DNA of 59,024 nucleotides from Octopus bimaculoides (taxonomy: Eukaryota): assembly GCF_001194135.2 (NCBI RefSeq), contig NC_069008.1, positions 15,561,817 to 15,620,840 on the forward strand, written 5' to 3'. The notes beneath the pieces are model-generated. The model ran no database searches, had not been told where the DNA came from, and was given only the letters and a program-made list of their open reading frames with translations. The position numbers and the translations under genes are program-made. Shown here piece by piece: positions 54,669 through 59,024 of this stretch (the first letter of the stretch is position 1; the number at the start of each line of letters is the position of its first letter).

Positions 54669-57620
54669 TCATAATGAAAGAATGTAACGTCCAAGAATAA
54701 TTCCAAAAACCATCAAAGAATTTTCTGAAACATCCAAACCAAGAACTTCACAGATTTCATTATCCTGACTCTGAAGGAGTGAATATTTTGGATTATCTTT
54801 TAATCCCCGGATTATAATATCTTCAGATGTTTCCTTTTCAATATATCCAGATATTTCATAAATACTGTTTTCTATATCTGTTATATAAACACATTCACCA
54901 ATTGTGGTTAGATGAGGTCTTGCAAAATAATAATCCAGACCAAAATACATTATTCTTTCTTCCATTCTTATCCTCCTCACCAAAGACTTTTCCCTGAACC
55001 ATTCCACAACACACAAATCTTGCCTCCTTGCAACCAGCTTCTCCTTCTCCCACATCAAAGCAACATCACCAAAAGATGTGACTCCCACATCACCTTCAAA
55101 CCTTCCTTTTCTCCACGACACACTTCATCTTTACATTTCCCATCTTCGAAATCAGCCACATCCATGTAAGAGACAAAGTTGTCGAGGTCTTTGCAAATGT
55201 AGCAATCCTTGTTGCGCCATATTCTTTCGTATTTCTTGTCTCTCTCTTCTTGAGTTAGGTCTCTAATATAATGACCACCACACACAAGTTGATTGTCATA
55301 TTTATAAATCTTGTAGTATTTTCAGTTCTGATGGTTTTTAAACAACAGAGATCCCTGTTGAAGACCATCATTTCTCTACCAAAAGTGATAATGAAACATT
55401 CATCTGTCCGCCGACAAATGTCCAGTGGTGGTGGTTGTTGTTGTTTATGTCGAAGTATGTCCCCTGTTGTTGTTCTAATTAATGTGACACTTTCTCGAAG
55501 CATCAACACACTCATATTCTCTTAACTCTTCTTCCTCCATCTCCTCCAGTGTATTTCAATTTATTAATTAATTCATTACTGAATGTGTCCTTGTTCATCT
55601 CAGATGTAATGGAAGGGAAACAAAGGCTAGAATCAAGATTTAATAACAACACAGATTCCAGAATGTTCACTTGGTGCCCATCAATCTTTATGCAATGACA
55701 TTCAATCAATTCAATATGTTGACACCAGTAAATACCCCCCACTTTTCTCCATATTACACCATAAGGGATGAGACTTGTCCAAGCTTGAGATTTCTGCAAA
55801 TCTTTTCCATTCAGTTGAAATATTTCTTTTCTTTTAGGAACCGTGGCCATTATGTGTTTTCCTTGTGTAAAACACACACCACCAACTAAACTTGTCACAT
55901 TTCTGTGACATAGCAGCTCCCCGTCTTCATCAAATATTTTAACATTTCCATTATTGGCTTTTTCACACACAACTGTCTTTCCTTCATCAGAAATATCAAA
56001 ATCTTTTACTTGAACAGGACATTCGTTTGTTTGTAAACGAGCAACCGGGAACTTTTCTCGATTCACCATAAACAACCCTTCAACATACAATTCATTCTGT
56101 CCCCACCTGGGGCTTCCAACAAACCTTGGTCCTTTACAGTTTATACTGTAGAAATGTACTCCATCTTTATAAATTCTTTTAGTTAAAAATACTCTGTTCT
56201 ATTCTCCAGTCTGGGTGAAACACAATGTGTTTATATTCAAATGTACTGAAATATTTCTCCCACTCACCATAAAGTACAAAAAACTGTCATCAATTGCCAT
56301 CTTGTCATCATCACCAGAAGAATACTCCATGTAGTGTGTGACTGAATGTAAATATTAAGTCACTGTTGAAGAAAATGATGAATCTTTTGTTGAAGACAAT
56401 GATGACATTGTCAGCAGTAACCTTAATATCCTTGATGTCATCATAATTAGTTCCATATTTGTCTCTCGTTAATAATGTTTCAGGTATGTCTATTGTTTTA
56501 TTTCATTCACACTCGAATGTATTTCATCAATGTCAACAAAATACAAATGACTTCTACCTCCCCATTTACTAAAAACCATTTGATTGTTTGATGAAGAAGC
56601 CACACATTCATATTCATTTCTCGTCTGGTAAATTACCAACGACAATGGAAATTCCACTTTTAATGTCAGCAATTGGGATTTATTACCAGAGGAATCCCCA
56701 GTCGTAATGACCAATGTGTTTGACTGACATCGACACATTTTAATACATCCATAAACATTCACTTTGATATAATCCAAAAGTTGACCATCCAATCTGAATA
56801 TCTTAATGTTTCTATTCTCCTTGTCGCATCCTGCAATCAGATTATTTTCAGTTATAACCAAACGATTAATCTCTGCTGGTCTTTTGTCTCCCAAATGTTG
56901 AGGGAGAGGAATACGTCTGCCTTTATCGGAAACTGTCAGATCCTGTAGATATAAAGAAGACAACATTTCACTGACAGAAATGTTTCTGGAAAACACATCT
57001 ACCAGGTCGATATAATAATTAAGTTGATTATTTGTAACATGATCATTAACCAACAAATTATGATCGTTTAGGATACACAAACGTTTGGTCAATAGTACCA
57101 CTGTAGAGATTGGGGGGACACTAAAACACTGGGGACCATATGATGACTGCCATGACCACCACAACCTATTCTAGTGTTGTACTGGAAAGCTTTTCCCCTA
57201 GTAACAATTAGTAGCTTTTGTGTTTTCTTGTCTATTGATAATAATTTCACTACAAAAGGGATATTAATTCTATGAATTATTTCAACTTGATTGTAATATT
57301 TAATGGCTAAAATATCTAAATGTGATGGTTTATCACAATAACAAACTATTTGACTGTTACCCATCTTACACACCCGTACATAAGGCTGGCTTAATGACAT
57401 ACTTTTAACTGTCTTTGATAGGTTTCTAATGACCCTTAATTGTTTTTGTAGGGATAATGTGACATATCCGTAGCTGTAGACGGCAGAGATAATCTAGACA
57501 CAATGTCTCCTTCATTAGGAATGCATAACAAGTAACCATGGTTGATGTCGGACACCACCAACTGTCCCTTCGCCAATGACAACTTTTCTAATATAAGGAC
57601 TTTCCATGTGTAAACAACAG
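54669..57620 (-). pseudogene. Long intronless NHL/beta-propeller-like gene, multiply frameshifted
   Basis: Contiguous ORF pieces in shifting frames with NHL-like blades: QLVVSDINHGYLLC, LVITENNLIAGCDKENRNIKIFRLDGQLL, DIKVTADNVIIV, FDISDEGKTVVCEKANNGNVKIFDEDGELL. No RING or B-box visible. Confidence 0.6.
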
Positions 57621-58679
57621 CAATTTTTGTCTGGTTCCTAAAGAAACTTGCGGTCTTGCATTATCATGTTGGAAAACAACACCCTTCCTGTTGGCCAATT
57701 CTGGACATTTCTCTTGAATTGCTGCTTTTAACTCGTCTAGTTGTGTGCAGTATTTCTCAGAATTAATTGTCTGGTTACTTGGGAGAAGCTCATAGTACAG
57801 AATTCTTTTCCAATCCCGCCAGACACAAAGCAAGACTTTTTTAGGGTGAAGATCTGCTTTTGGGGTGGCTCATGTCGCTTATTCCAAAATTGCTTTCTCT
57901 GAACATTTCGGTAGATAATCCATTTCTCATCCCCTGTCACAATTTGCTTTAAAAAAAGGTGCGTTTTCATTCCGTTTATAAAGCGAATCAGAGATGGAAA
58001 TGCGATCCAAAGGTTCTTCTCACTCAACTCATGTGGTACCCAAACATCGTAGCGATTTGTGTACCCAAGCTTTACCAGGTGCTTATGAACGACAGATTTT
58101 GATAGGTTGAGGCTTTCTGCCAATTCTCGGGTTGTGCAATGTGGGTTATTCTCAATTAATGACTTGATTTGGTCATCATCTGTAGTGGATGGCCTGCCTG
58201 ATCGCTCTTTATCAATAAGGCTNNNNNNNNNNNNNNNNNNNNNNNNNNNNNNNNNNNNNNNNNNNNNNNNNNNNNNNNNNNNNNNNNNNNNNNNNNNNNN
58301 NNNNNNNNNNNNNNNNNNNNNNNNNNNNNNNNNNNNNNNNNNNNNNNNNNNNNNNNNNNNNNNNNNNNNNNNNNNNNNNNNNNNNNNNNNNNNNNCGTAA
58401 ACTGCGCATATTTCTTTGGTTGCTTGTGAGACATTTTTCCCTTTACAGAAAAAGAAAAGCATCAAGTGCTAAAAATGAATTTTCTTATCTTCCATTCTAA
58501 AGGGTTACAGAATCAACACAGGTTATAGGAGCATAAACCTTCTACCACGAAAAGATAGCTTAAACTGTGCTCTAAATGAAGGTGTCGTCAAATCCTATTT
58601 TATGGACTCAACTATGTTCTAAAATAAGTCGAAAGGTAAGCTGCTATAAATCGGCACAAACTTTCCGGACAACCCAATA
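57621..58679 (-). mobile_element. Mariner transposon, defective, 3'-truncated
   Basis: TA plus TIR ttgggttgtccggaaagtttgtgccg at 58679. ATG at 58495 MEDKKIHF*; RSGRP, WVPHELSEKN, IVTGDEKW and FQHDNARP; breaks off after RQKLL. Confidence 0.9.
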
Positions 58680-59024
58680 TAATGTCAACTTTATCTTCCT
58701 TTATCAATGGGATACAGACCTCGTTTTTGTTTTAAATGGTGGTCACAGCTAATGACATTTTCATGTAATCATTTTAGACCTGTATTAAAGGGCCTTTTTT
58801 TAGTTTGGGACAGGTGATATACTGAAATTCTTGCCTTTCACAATAAAATACTAGGAATTTGTTTGTGTTTATTTTACAACAAAAACAAGAAAACTCTTGG
58901 CTAATTATTTCTCCAGTATCAATGAAAAACAAAGCTTTCTTGTTCTAGTAGCTTAAACTGTGCTCTAAATGAAGGTGTCGTCAAATCCTATTTTATGGAC
59001 TCAACTATGTTCTAAAATAAGTCG
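58556..59024. repeat. 76-bp exact direct repeat (58556-58631 and 58949-59024)
   Basis: tagcttaaactgtgctc…aaaataagtcg occurs twice; the first copy lies inside the mariner 5' region. Confidence 0.85.

Overview
This is AT-rich, gapped eukaryotic genomic DNA with about 15 N-runs. It most likely comes from an octopus or other coleoid cephalopod, inferred from the KRAB-less single-exon C2H2 arrays and the SINE families. The window holds a tandem and inverted cluster of nine C2H2 zinc-finger genes, labelled here ZNF-1 to ZNF-9 from left to right, each with 4-21 fingers and no effector domain. Each gene appears to be a copy of one cassette: a promoter/non-coding exon 1 block (P1-P9) with a TGCGCATGCGT NRF1-type palindrome and a GTAAGT donor, a TE-filled intron, a ~50-nt mini-exon derived from an antisense RTE LINE, a ~96-nt intron, and one exon carrying the whole CDS. 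Four genes keep the full ancestral end (ZNF-3, 5, 7, 8), ZNF-2 keeps a diverged version of it, and four have 3' lesions (ZNF-1, 4, 6, 9). Six genes have lost the N-terminal leader and appear to start at an internal Met of former finger 1. The spacers hold three tRNA-derived SINE families, RTE, Tx1/L1 and Penelope fragments, mariner, Merlin, Chapaev and piggyBac-type DNA transposon remnants, and foldback elements containing TTAGGG repeats. The right end holds a multiply frameshifted NHL/beta-propeller-like gene cut by a mariner remnant. All splice and promoter assignments are inferred from conservation between copies, not from transcript data. Family names come from motif recognition, not database searches.
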